From: Bacteroidales bacterium
GTDB lineage: Bacteria > Bacteroidota > Bacteroidia > Bacteroidales > VadinHA17
Length of the DNA: 64,000 nt
Reading direction: 5' to 3'
NCBI GenBank assembly: GCA_034521735.1
Contig: JAXHLX010000032.1
Location: 33,280-97,279 of the forward strand
Every line of letters starts with the position of its first letter. Positions within the stretch are counted from its first letter, which is position 1. Below are positions 39,509 through 49,646 of this stretch, one piece after another. A model generated the notes under the pieces. It did no database searches, was not told the DNA's origin, and saw nothing but the letters and a program-made list of their open reading frames with translations. The translations under genes were made by a program, and so were the position numbers.

Positions 39509-42500
39509 ATGATTAATTTCTTCCAGGTAGCCGACAGGATAATTGCAGTAAACAGCCTCAAAGATTTAACAGAAAAAGATACTCAAAAGCTTATCTGGCT
39601 TTTCGGAGCAGACAGCAAAAAGGGTGCTGACAGGATTGAAGGATTCTATGTTGGTCCGCGCAAAGAGATGATAACCCCATGGAGCACAAATGCCGTAGAG
39701 ATAACTCAAAACATGGGTATAGAAGGTATTGACCGTATTGAAGAATTTTTCTACTCCGGCAAGGCTGAAAGCGACTATGACCCCATGCTGCAAAAAATGT
39801 ATGAGGGTCTCGACCAGGATATTTTCCATATAGACCATACACCCGAGCCTGTATATGAAATTGATGACATTGCAGCATATAATGAATCTGAAGGACTGGC
39901 ACTCAGCCCTGAAGAGATAAGATACCTTGAAGATCTGAGCGTCTCTCTTAACAGGGAGCTGACCGACAGCGAGGTGTTTGGTTTCTCGCAGGTTAACTCA
40001 GAACACTGCCGCCACAAAATATTTAACGGCAGGTTTATCATAGACGGTGAAGAAAAGGAATCCACACTCTTTAACCTTATTAAGCTTACCACGCTGACAA
40101 ACAGGAATAAGATAGTATCGGCATATAAAGACAACTGCTCATTCGCCCGCGGTCCGGCTGTTGAGATATTTGCCCCTGCCACACAGGACAAGGCGGATTT
40201 CTTCAGTGTCAGAGAGTCAGAATCCGTACTGTCACTAAAAGCCGAAACACATAATTTCCCGACAACGGTTGAACCTTTTAACGGGGCATCAACAGGTACA
40301 GGGGGCGAGATACGCGACAGGATAGCAGGAGGCAAGGGAGCATTTCCCATTGCCGGCACGGCCGTCTATATGACTTCATACCCCCGTAACGGTGAGGGAC
40401 GTGAATGGGAGAAAGCAAGCAAGGCAAGACAATGGCTCTACCAGAGTCCGGAAGACATACTCATCAAAGCATCTAACGGCGCAAGCGATTTTGGCAATAA
40501 ATTCGGGCAGCCACTGATCTGCGGATCTGTCCTCACCTTTGAACACACGGAAAACAGCAGGAAGCTGGGATATGACAAGGTTATAATGCTGGCCGGAGGT
40601 ATCGGTCATGGTAAAAAAGAAGACAGTGAGAAAGACATACCAAAAAAAGGAGACCTTATAATTCTGCTGGGCGGTGATAACTACAGGATAGGCATGGGTG
40701 GAAGCGCCGTATCCAGCGTAGACACAGGCAGCTATGACAGTGCCATAGAGCTCAATGCAGTACAGAGAGCGAATCCGGAAATGCAGAAAAGGGTATATAA
40801 CGCCCTGCGTGCCATGGCTGAAGCAGATATCAACCCTGTTATTTCACTGCATGACCATGGTGCAGGGGGACATCTCAACTGCCTGTCTGAACTGGTGGAG
40901 GCCACCGGCGGCAGGATAGATATAAGCAAATTACCGGTGGGCGACCCCACCCTTTCCGCAAAGGAGATTATTGGCAATGAGTCACAGGAAAGGATGGGCC
41001 TTGTTATAAGAAAGGAAGATGTGGATAAGCTTATAAGCATTGCTGAAAGGGAAAGGGCCCCTGTATACATCATAGGCGAGGTGACAGGTGATCACCAGTT
41101 CACCTTTGAGAACACAAAAACAGGAGAAAAGCCTATAGACCTGCAGTTGACATCTTTCTTTGGTGATCCGCCACTGACAGTGATGAAGGATAACAGGATA
41201 AAACCTTCATTTGCTGAACTGGAATATGACAGCGCTGAGTTGCATCAGTATACAGGCCAGCTGATGCAGATCGAAGAAGTGGCATGCAAAGACTGGCTCA
41301 CCAGTAAGGTGGACCGCTCCGTCACAGGAAGAGTAGCCAAACAGCAATGTGCGGGTGAATTACAGCTGCCCCTGAATAACCTGGGCGCCATAGCCCTGGA
41401 TTACAGGGGTGTTAAAGGTCTGGCCACATCCATTGGACATGCGCCTGTGGCGGGACTCATAAATCCGGCACATGGATCGGTGCTGTCAATAGCGGAATCC
41501 TTAACCAATATAATATGGGCACCACTGGATGAGGGTATAAGAGGTATCTCCCTTTCAGCTAACTGGATGTGGCCATGCAGGAATCCGGGTGAAGATGCCC
41601 GGCTGTACGAAGCCGTGGAAGCTGCCAGTGATTTTGCTATTGCGCTGGGAATAAATATTCCAACGGGCAAGGACAGCCTGTCAATGACCCAGAAATACAA
41701 GGATGACACTGTATATGCACCCGGCACCGTTATAATATCAGCTTCAGCTGAGGTGACAGACATAAACAGGATCGTTGAACCTGTAATGGTACCCGATTCT
41801 GAGACAAGCCTGCTGTATATTGATATGAGTCGCGACTCATACAAAACGGGTGGCAGCAGCTTTGCCCAGGTGCTTAATAAGGTAGGGACAGGCGCACCCA
41901 CAATCACCGATCCTGATTATTTCCTCCGTGTGTTTAACACAGTGCAGGACCTTATTAAAAACAATAAAATAATTGCAGGTCATGACATTTCTTCCGGGGG
42001 TATGATCACCACCCTGCTGGAAATGTGTTTCGCCAATACCGAGGGAGGGGCGAGCGTTAACCTGGATGCCATAAATGAAGATGACATCATTAAGATACTG
42101 TTCAGTGAAAACCCCGGACTGATACTGCAGGTGGAGAAGGAAGACGAGGTGGAAGAAATATTACTGGACAAGGGCATATCCTGTGTTCCCATAGGAAGCC
42201 CGTCAGCCAAACGCTCAATATTTATAAGGAAGTCCGGACAGAACCATGTATTTGACATTGAAGAGCTGAGGAATCTTTGGTACAGGACATCATACCTTTT
42301 TGACCGCAGGCAAAGCGGACATGAACTGGCTCTCGAGAAATATAATAACTACCATAACCATGCCCTTGTGTTTGATATGAAAGATTTCAAGGGTCACCTT
42401 AATAAGCTTGACATATCGCACGGCAAACGGGAAAAAACAGGGGTCAGAGCAGCCATAATAAGGGAAAAGGGGGTTAACGGCGACAGGGAAATGGCCTATG

Positions 42501-43216
42501 CACTTTACCTGGCAGGCTTTGATGTTAAGGATATTCATATGACAGACCTTATCAGTGGAAGGGAAAACCTTGAAGATATAAGCCTTATAGTTTTTGTGGG
42601 CGGTTTCTCCAATTCAGATGTCCTGGGTTCGGCAAAAGGATGGGCCGGGGTCTTCAGGTATAATGAGAAAGCAAGGATATCACTTGAAAATTTCTATAAG
42701 AGGGATGATACACTGAGCCTGGGTATATGCAACGGCTGCCAGCTGATGGCAGAGCTCGACCTCATATATCCGTCTCATGAAGTAAAACCGTCACTGCTTC
42801 AGAATAAGTCATCCAGGTTTGAGTCAGCCTTCCTCAGTGTTGATATAAACAAAAGCAATTCTGTCATGCTTAAAGGCATGGAGGGTATGACACTGGGTAT
42901 ATGGGTTGCTCACGGGGAAGGACAATTCGACCTGCCCTACGATGAATCGGAATATAATATACCGCTTAAATATCACCAGGGCACCTACCCTGCCAATCCC
43001 AACGGCTCCGGGTTTGACACCGCAGCCATATGCTCGTTTGACGGCAGACACCTGGCTATGATGCCTCATCTTGAACGCTCCTTTATGCCATGGCAATGTG
43101 CATATTATCCGGAAGAAAGGAAAAATGATGATGTAACGCCGTGGATACAGGCCTTTATTAATGCACGGAAATGGATAGTGAAAAGCGGTTCCGAAAAGCG
43201 ACTTATTCAGTCATAG
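39509..43216 (+). CDS. purL: phosphoribosylformylglycinamidine synthase (single-chain large PurL)
   Basis: 1235-aa ORF. 'VNSEHCRHKIF' and 'ETHNFPTTVEPFNGASTGTGGEIRD', with a C-terminal glutaminase domain 'GICNGCQLM'. Confidence 0.96.
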   Translation: MINFFQVADRIIAVNSLKDLTEKDTQKLIWLFGADSKKGADRIEGFYVGPRKEMITPWSTNAVEITQNMGIEGIDRIEEFFYSGKAESDYDPMLQKMYEGLDQDIFHIDHTPEPVYEIDDIAAYNESEGLALSPEEIRYLEDLSVSLNRELTDSEVFGFSQVNSEHCRHKIFNGRFIIDGEEKESTLFNLIKLTTLTNRNKIVSAYKDNCSFARGPAVEIFAPATQDKADFFSVRESESVLSLKAETHNFPTTVEPFNGASTGTGGEIRDRIAGGKGAFPIAGTAVYMTSYPRNGEGREWEKASKARQWLYQSPEDILIKASNGASDFGNKFGQPLICGSVLTFEHTENSRKLGYDKVIMLAGGIGHGKKEDSEKDIPKKGDLIILLGGDNYRIGMGGSAVSSVDTGSYDSAIELNAVQRANPEMQKRVYNALRAMAEADINPVISLHDHGAGGHLNCLSELVEATGGRIDISKLPVGDPTLSAKEIIGNESQERMGLVIRKEDVDKLISIAERERAPVYIIGEVTGDHQFTFENTKTGEKPIDLQLTSFFGDPPLTVMKDNRIKPSFAELEYDSAELHQYTGQLMQIEEVACKDWLTSKVDRSVTGRVAKQQCAGELQLPLNNLGAIALDYRGVKGLATSIGHAPVAGLINPAHGSVLSIAESLTNIIWAPLDEGIRGISLSANWMWPCRNPGEDARLYEAVEAASDFAIALGINIPTGKDSLSMTQKYKDDTVYAPGTVIISASAEVTDINRIVEPVMVPDSETSLLYIDMSRDSYKTGGSSFAQVLNKVGTGAPTITDPDYFLRVFNTVQDLIKNNKIIAGHDISSGGMITTLLEMCFANTEGGASVNLDAINEDDIIKILFSENPGLILQVEKEDEVEEILLDKGISCVPIGSPSAKRSIFIRKSGQNHVFDIEELRNLWYRTSYLFDRRQSGHELALEKYNNYHNHALVFDMKDFKGHLNKLDISHGKREKTGVRAAIIREKGVNGDREMAYALYLAGFDVKDIHMTDLISGRENLEDISLIVFVGGFSNSDVLGSAKGWAGVFRYNEKARISLENFYKRDDTLSLGICNGCQLMAELDLIYPSHEVKPSLLQNKSSRFESAFLSVDINKSNSVMLKGMEGMTLGIWVAHGEGQFDLPYDESEYNIPLKYHQGTYPANPNGSGFDTAAICSFDGRHLAMMPHLERSFMPWQCAYYPEERKNDDVTPWIQAFINARKWIVKSGSEKRLIQS

Positions 43217-43739
43217 GCTTTAATATAAGGCTTCTTAATTCGGTATGCCTTAATCCTGTGCGCTCATAAATATTCTCGCATGGCCTTACCTTGGCACTTA
43301 CTATCTGAATGCTGTAACCGCCGGGTGAATCTATATATAAAGAACCAATCCTGGAATCAGCGCGGTAATAATCCTCACCCGTGCCCGGGGTATCCAGTAT
43401 AATCTCGTTACCTACCGGGTTTGCCCTGATTCTCTTGTGCTCGAAATTAACTATCACCGGGTCATCATAATGCAGGTCCATGGTGTCCTTCGTAAAACTG
43501 CTAAGCCATAGCTCATACCTTCCTCTTGATTCCACCCTGAAGGACCATTCAGCAGTATTCATATCAGGATGCAGACTGTCCTGAAGAAGATATGCTTTCT
43601 CCAGATCAAGAACTATACTCCCGTCTTCCTGTTCGGTTATTTCCGGCACTGTTTGTTTGTCCAAATCATCAGAATTCTTATTTGTACATCCTCCTGCAAT
43701 AATTACCAGCAGCAGTAAAATATATTTCATTTTTCTCAT
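43203..43739 (-). CDS. lipoprotein of unknown function
   Basis: 178-aa ORF with lipobox 'LLLLVIIAGGC'. It overlaps the purL 3' end convergently by 14 nt. Confidence 0.6.
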   Translation of the reverse strand: MRKMKYILLLLVIIAGGCTNKNSDDLDKQTVPEITEQEDGSIVLDLEKAYLLQDSLHPDMNTAEWSFRVESRGRYELWLSSFTKDTMDLHYDDPVIVNFEHKRIRANPVGNEIILDTPGTGEDYYRADSRIGSLYIDSPGGYSIQIVSAKVRPCENIYERTGLRHTELRSLILKPMTE

Positions 43740-44202
43740 ATTCCTTTTTTATACTTTCCCATTATTAACATTACAAAAATCATACCGTCTGCAAATATAT
43801 CCTGAAAAATTATTAAAACAATCAATCAGGGCTAAATTCATTTTTTTTAAAAGATGGATTGACCGGACCTGTACCTAAATCTGATAGCGCCCATCTCTCA
43901 TTTACATCTGAATTTTATAATTCTACTAAATAAAACCAAAACCTGAAAAATGGAATTCACAAAACAAATTACTGATATTTTTTACCGGATGACATATTCC
44001 GTATATCAAAACAGCCTAAAATGCAAATTGTTTAGCCGGATCCTTTTCCTGGGCTTCATGGCCTTATCCTCCTCATGCAATAATAATAACGTGGTATCAC
44101 TTGATTTATTATTGTCTGAGATGACCGTAATTCAGTCTCAGCAGCTGAAGAAGGATGTTTCGCAAATGCTGATTACAAACAATTTATTCGTAAAGAGCCT
44201 AT

Positions 44203-45057
44203 CTATATCTGGTAGAGTGCCGCCACACCCCCATACCTGACGGCCCTCAGGTAGAGTTTAAACAGGAATAAAAGTTGCGTCAGCAGGAACAGGACAAAAA
44301 GACCTCCGCCTGTCAGGGGCGAATAAGCAGACAGTATTTTTACAAGCAGTATGGCATAGAAGCCCTGCACAACAACCATTATAAGCATAAAGAAATAAGA
44401 GCTTAAGAATGATCTGAACGTTGCTCTGAAACCATAGCCAAGAGCTTTGAACACCTTCCTGTGGTCATTGGCAGCAAGCCATACCCTTGAATAATCAGCT
44501 ACCAGCAAAAAAACAGGTAGCACCAGTATCACAACAATTCTCAGTATTCCTGCCAGCTTCCATGTTTGTTGTTCTGATCCGCCTGTACCAAGTCCCTGGA
44601 TGATAAGAGGAACAGCTGCCACAATGAAGACCACAACCAGTATCATTAACATAACCAGCAATGTAATTATCATATATGACAGAAAAAACCTTGCCGATGA
44701 TCTGAAAAAATCTCCCGGCTTATATGCATAGCTGTTTGACAGTAATGAATCAAAAAGACCACCGTTCATAAAAACATAAAGAAGGAAAAAGATAAGAAAT
44801 GCTATCAGCATTCCTCCCGTTATTGCCGACATCATAGGTCCAAAAGCACGGCCCAGGTCCATGAAATAACTGATATTAAACCCTCCGTTCAGCAGGCTTG
44901 TGGATGTGGTATTACCCAGGGCTGCAATAATAAATGACCTTAGCGGGAAGGCAAAGACAGCCAGCATGATAAAAGTAATAAACCACATTATTAGCAGGGC
45001 TTTAACAGAACGCAAGGCCCTGCCGGCACCCGAAGTAAATGCCTTAATAAATTTCAT
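44203..45057 (-). CDS. polytopic membrane protein of unknown function
   Basis: 284-aa ORF with about 6-7 hydrophobic helices and an ATG start. No family recognised. Confidence 0.6.
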   Translation of the reverse strand: MKFIKAFTSGAGRALRSVKALLIMWFITFIMLAVFAFPLRSFIIAALGNTTSTSLLNGGFNISYFMDLGRAFGPMMSAITGGMLIAFLIFFLLYVFMNGGLFDSLLSNSYAYKPGDFFRSSARFFLSYMIITLLVMLMILVVVFIVAAVPLIIQGLGTGGSEQQTWKLAGILRIVVILVLPVFLLVADYSRVWLAANDHRKVFKALGYGFRATFRSFLSSYFFMLIMVVVQGFYAILLVKILSAYSPLTGGGLFVLFLLTQLLFLFKLYLRAVRYGGVAALYQI

Positions 45058-45061
45058 ATTT

Positions 45062-45213
45062 TTCAGTTTTATTCGATTCGTTCATTTGATCATTTCAGCA
45101 GCTTATTCTCTCTTCTCACTGTATCGTTTTCATAAGTTACTCCCTTCAATCATAATATTGCTACACTGAGTTATTCACTCCGTTCATAAGATCGCTCCGC
45201 CAGTTTCATGCCC
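45062..45213 (-). repeat. three tandem, progressively degenerate copies of a ~45-50-nt intergenic repeat (best copy 45171-45213)
   Basis: The pattern TTATTC...CGTT(T)TCAT.AG...TTCAT recurs three times by eye. Copy 45171-45213 matches 47224-47266 at 38 of 43 positions. Confidence 0.7.
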
Positions 45214-45230
45214 ATATATCCTCACTATAT

Positions 45231-47211
45231 CTATAAAGACATAATATGCGTAAAGAACTGCATAAAGCTTATAAACTTTCTTATTATCCTTTTCGGTGGC
45301 ACCCTGTCAGGCTCAATAGTGTAGGAGTTATTGATATAGTTTACATCCATGGGTATCCTGTACTCTGGATCAACAGCTGCGCTTAGCACCTTTACCGGTC
45401 CGTTATAATTAAAATCCTTATACCTTTCCTTCCCGTCCCAGTGCTCTGTAATCTCCTCACCGTCTTCAAAATGTACCAGCACATCCACCGGCAGCTTCAC
45501 ATCCCCTGTCCTTTCCAGTCTTACCACCGACGTGTAAAGAGTATCGCCACCGGTATCGGACTTTTCCAGGACCATGCCGGCGGTATCTGTTTTTATAATA
45601 CCTGTGTATGAGCGTTCTTTGTGATTGCTTATACCCGCCAGCTTATAGTCAACAATACCGGTTCCATAAAGTGTCTGGTCAAAGAACCAGTCCATATTCT
45701 CCCCAAACCTGTCACCGTGCATCTCTTTGACCACCCGGTTGCTTATCTCTATAAAATCACGGGCCGAAGGATGTTTAAAAGCCCACTCCTTATAATATTC
45801 CCGGAAGATCGCATCCATAGTTTCCTCACCAAGGATGCCCTGCATTGTCATCAGCCAGGTGGCTGCTTTCTGGTATGATAGCATGCTGTAGGAGCCATCC
45901 GGATAAGCCCATGAAGCCGGACTGTTATCAGAGATTGACCTTTTTGAGGAATGGACATAGCCCATTCTTTGCATATCCTTATCCGAGAGGTAAAAATTCT
46001 TATGATCAATTATACCTCTGCCCGGACCGTAATAATGATCCATTATCCTTGATTCCCAGTAAGAATTTATGCCTTCATCCATCCATGGCTCCTCAAACTC
46101 ATTGCTGGCCAGTATGCCCATAAAGTAAGCATGCCCGAATTCATGCACGGTAACCATCTCCGGCATATGAATAAATTCCGGCATCTTCGCACTGCCTGAA
46201 GTAGTGAAGATAGTGGTGTATTCCATCCCCCCGGCTCCGGCTCCCATTGTTGGCGGGTCCACGAAGGTAAGGTGTGGCCAGGGATAAGGGCCAACATGGG
46301 CGGTAAAATATTCAAGCGCTCTCTTCACTGCCGTCAGGTGCCTGTCAACCTGGTCTTCCCTTCCCGGAGGGGAAAGAAAACGTATGTTAACATGCTCCCA
46401 CTGGTCTTCGTACTCTTTGTAAGCCGGGCCAGGCCGTCCAGGCAAAATCAACAATATCCTCTGCCCTGTATGTCAGTACCCGGCATCCATCCTTATTTTC
46501 TTCCTCGCTGACCAGCTGGCCGCCACTGCCAACAATATATTCTTCCGGCACTTTTATCTTTACCGTGTAAACACTGTGATTTGCATAAAATTCAGAATTT
46601 GAATGAAACTGGTGACAGTTCCATCCTGCCTGACTTACCTTTTGTCTTTATTCCCTGTTTCATAAACACCAAACTTAGGGAACCACTGTGCAACAAAAAG
46701 AAATCATCAGCTATAACCTGTCCTCCTTATATTTGAAGGCAGCTTTGATGTAAAATCAATATAAAAGAAAGCTGTGTCGCCGGGAGCTACAGGTTCGGGC
46801 AACATTATCCTGAGAACGGTCATATCGTGTGGATTTCCGTCATCAGGACTGATAAATTCCATATTCCCCTTAAGATCCTTTCCCCTGCTGTCTATTATAT
46901 TATTGATCTCTATCCAGCCGTAATCTTCCTCACTGCTCCCGGGAGAGCCCATGCTTTCACTATAGAAAGTGCTCTTATTGCTTCTGAAGGCATTCAGGTA
47001 CATATGCATCTGCACATCCGGAACATTGCTTTCAGAATTATTGACCCAGTAAGCCTCCATTGATCCGCTCACGGTCTTGGCCTCCGGATCCAGTTCAACA
47101 TCCATCTTATAAGCGGTAAGCCTTTCACTCAGTGGCTCATAAAATATAACCTGCGCCTTTTGCAACTGACAAGCATGTAAACGCGACTATCAGCAGTAGA
47201 GTTCTTTTCAT
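45231..47211 (-). pseudogene. M1-family zinc metallopeptidase (aminopeptidase N-like) disrupted by about five 1-nt indels
   Basis: Track fragments 45231..46454 (HEFGHAYFMGILASNEFEEPWMDEG, i.e. HEXXH-18-E) and 46707..47165. The signal peptide MKRTLLLIVAFTCLSVAK (ATG 47211) and the middle part (FFFVAQWFPKFGVYE...SQAGWNCHQFHSNSEFYANHSVYTVKIKVPEEY...) are readable in other frames. Confidence 0.85.
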
Positions 47212-47223
47212 ACCTTTAAAATT

Positions 47224-47266
47224 TTATTCACTTCGTTCATGAGATCGCTTCGCCAAGTTCATGCCC
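47224..47266 (-). repeat. 43-nt repeat, second copy (direct with 45171-45213)
   Basis: TTATTCACTTCGTTCATGAGATCGCTTCGCCAAGTTCATGCCC versus TTATTCACTCCGTTCATAAGATCGCTCCGCCAGTTTCATGCCC, with 5 mismatches. It lies 12 nt upstream of the peptidase ATG. Confidence 0.85.
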
Positions 47267-47595
47267 TGTTCATCATTCTTTCAGATTGCTTAGCCTTTTA
47301 ATATTACCATGAATAACATATAAAGGTACACAAATTATCATCTATAAAAAATGAGATCCATAAACACCAGTCCTGCCGGGTCCATTCCTGCTAACCTGAA
47401 CACAATTATGTTTTCTATTACACAGAGATTTTAATAATTATTAAGCTTATGACAAATATCAAATAATAATAAGCCTTCCACGGTAAAACATATTTCACTG
47501 TCCTGCTGTTAATTAAGCACTATAACATGATAAATATCACTGTGAAATAATTAACAAAATAACCTATACATATATTTATATATTTAAAAGTCTTC

Positions 47596-47603
47596 TATCT
47601 TTG
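47596..47603 (+). promoter_or_regulatory. candidate -7 box (TATCTTTG) for the sulfur cluster
   Basis: Exact TAnnTTTG match 43 nt upstream of ATG 47646. Confidence 0.4.
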
Positions 47604-47645
47604 CATACTAGTTTTAAAGTCAGAAGAATTTAAACAATACATAAA

Positions 47646-48905
47646 ATGAAAAAGATAATTATTCTTGGAGCGGGCACAGGTGGAACAATAATGGCAAACA
47701 AAATGCGCAAGGCCCTGCCGCGTGAAGAGTGGAAAATAACCATCATTGATCAGCACAAAACACATTACTATCAGCCCGGATTTCTTTTTATCCCTTTCGG
47801 TTATTATAAAAAGGATGATGTTATCAAACCCAGGCAGAATTTTATTCCGCCCGGAATAGACATTATTTACCAGGGTGTTGATAAAGTAGAAGCCGGCGAT
47901 AACAAAATACTTCTTAATAACGGGGAACTGTTACCATATGATATTTTGATTATAGCTACCGGTACAAGGATCAATCCGGAAGAGACACCTGGATTAAAAG
48001 ACGAATTATGGCATAAGAAGATATTTGATTTCTATACCATTGAGGGCTCCCTGGCGCTGGCTAACTTTTTTAAGACATGGGAAGGTGGCGAACTGGTTAT
48101 CAATATTGCAGACAACCCGATTAAATGTCCGGTTGCACCACTTGAATTTGCTTTCTATGCCGATGCATTTTTTACTGAAAGAGGCATGCGCGACAGGGTG
48201 AATATCACCTTTGTAACGCCTCTGTCCGGTGCCTTCACCAAACCCAGGGCTGCTAAACTGCTCGGCGGCCTGCTGGAAGAAAAAAACATTAATCTTGTCA
48301 CCGATTATTTTCTGGGCGAAGTGGATAATAAGAAACAGACAATCTCTGATTTTGGAGGCAAAGAGATAAAGTTTGACTGCCTTGTTTCCATACCCCTGCA
48401 CAGTGGTGCTGAAGTAATTGAAAAGAGTGGGCTGGGCGACGACTTTGGCTTTGTACAGGCAGATAAACACACATTACAGTCAAAAGCCAATGAAAACATT
48501 TTTGTAATTGGTGATGCCGGCAACTATCCAACATCAAAAGCCGGATCAGTTGTGCATTTTATGGCTGAGATACTGGAAGAGAACCTTATGTGCTATATTG
48601 AAAACCGCCCCTTCACTGCTTCCTTTGACGGTCATTCCAATTGTTTCATTGAAACAGGTCACGGTAAAGGAGCATTAATAGACTTTAACTACGAAACAGA
48701 ACCCTTGCCGGGATTCTACCCCCTGCCCGGAATAGGGCCCATGGGCTTATTGAAGCAAACACGTCTTAACCATTATGGTAAAGCTGCTATTCAGATGGAT
48801 ATACTGGCATGTGTTGCTGAGGGGAAAAGAAATGCCAATAAGTGCAGAGATGACAATGGCAGGAAAGAAAACAGACTAATAAAGAAAGTCAGACATGGAA
48901 GATAA
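47646..48905 (+). CDS. NAD(P)/FAD-dependent oxidoreductase, sulfide:quinone oxidoreductase-like (3' end probably frameshifted; corrected stop at 48877-48879)
   Basis: Rossmann start 'MKKIIILGAGTGGTIMANKM' and a pyridine-nucleotide-disulfide oxidoreductase layout. After '...RLNHYGK' the +1 frame reads LLFRWIYWHVLLRGKEMPISAEMTMAGKKTD*, which is far more protein-like than the annotated tail. Confidence 0.8.
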   Translation: MKKIIILGAGTGGTIMANKMRKALPREEWKITIIDQHKTHYYQPGFLFIPFGYYKKDDVIKPRQNFIPPGIDIIYQGVDKVEAGDNKILLNNGELLPYDILIIATGTRINPEETPGLKDELWHKKIFDFYTIEGSLALANFFKTWEGGELVINIADNPIKCPVAPLEFAFYADAFFTERGMRDRVNITFVTPLSGAFTKPRAAKLLGGLLEEKNINLVTDYFLGEVDNKKQTISDFGGKEIKFDCLVSIPLHSGAEVIEKSGLGDDFGFVQADKHTLQSKANENIFVIGDAGNYPTSKAGSVVHFMAEILEENLMCYIENRPFTASFDGHSNCFIETGHGKGALIDFNYETEPLPGFYPLPGIGPMGLLKQTRLNHYGKAAIQMDILACVAEGKRNANKCRDDNGRKENRLIKKVRHGR

Positions 48906-49572
48906 GAATATACAGTTGCAGATAGACCGGATGAACGATAAGCTCGATATCATCCTGGAAGAATCTGCAATGCAAAAAAGGAACAGGGACATGGTAACCG
49001 ACCTTGTGGACGACCTTTCCCTGGTAAGCAGGGATGCCTTTAAAGGTATGGTCGACAGTCTCGATAATGCAGGAATAGAAGCGGATGGAGAAGAGTTTAA
49101 TCATCTGATCCTTAATTTTATCAGGAATATCAATAATATTAATATGCTCTTCCGGACAATGGAAAGCATTACCGACCTGGTAAAGGATATTTCCCCCGTA
49201 ATAAAGCAGGTAGGCACAGATGCCACCGATAAGTTCAATGAATTTGATGAAAAGGGCTATTTTGAAATATTGAGCCAGATATCAGTGGCACTTGAGACCA
49301 TTATGTCGAGGTATTCAAAAAATGATCTCAGCCATCTTTCAGACAATATAATAACAGCGATGGATGCCATTCTGGCCATCACAGATCCGGCTATAATGGA
49401 AAAGGTCTCACTGCTTGCCGGAACATTCAAGGAGCTTGATCAGAAATCTGTTCCTGAATATTCAATCTGGAAAGTTATGCGGGAGATGAATAAACCCGAA
49501 ATGAAAAAATCATTGGGCTTTATTATGACCTTCATGAAAATGTTAAATGAAGATAAAAGTAAACGCGAATGA
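48895..49572 (+). CDS. DUF1641-domain protein
   Basis: 225-aa helical ORF. The C-terminal 'SIWKVMREMNKPEMKKSLGFIMTFMKML' resembles the DUF1641 signature (from memory). DUF1641 is typically a neighbour of SQR-like flavoproteins. Confidence 0.65.
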   Translation: MEDKNIQLQIDRMNDKLDIILEESAMQKRNRDMVTDLVDDLSLVSRDAFKGMVDSLDNAGIEADGEEFNHLILNFIRNINNINMLFRTMESITDLVKDISPVIKQVGTDATDKFNEFDEKGYFEILSQISVALETIMSRYSKNDLSHLSDNIITAMDAILAITDPAIMEKVSLLAGTFKELDQKSVPEYSIWKVMREMNKPEMKKSLGFIMTFMKMLNEDKSKRE

Positions 49573-49646
49573 TTATCATTAATCATATAATTTTAAACAA
49601 ACAAAATCACACAACTAATAAATAAATAATCTAAACAATAATAGTT

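Noticed and set aside
43950-44240. 96-aa ORF with a lipoprotein-like segment (LGFMALSSSC).
   Set aside because: It overlaps the 3' end of the convergent membrane-protein gene by 38 nt, and its second half is low-complexity. It may be a remnant, but I cannot support it as a gene.
45171-45209. 12-codon mini-ORFs in both 43-nt repeat copies (also 47224-47262), as possible conserved leader peptides.
   Set aside because: Of the five nucleotide differences between copies, three are non-synonymous, so there is no sign of purifying selection. ORF retention is expected from 88% nucleotide identity alone. I kept it only as a note inside the repeat finding.
46704-46709. Tandem in-frame TGA TGA inside the M1 peptidase. 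This could suggest stop-codon reassignment (code 4 or 25) or selenocysteine.
   Set aside because: TGA ends many ordinary genes in this window (e.g. treZ, the DUF1641 gene and the N-terminal MFS fragment). The +1 frame across the site reads ADDFF, and the T5 run next to it is a typical indel site. A compensated pair of 1-nt indels explains it fully.
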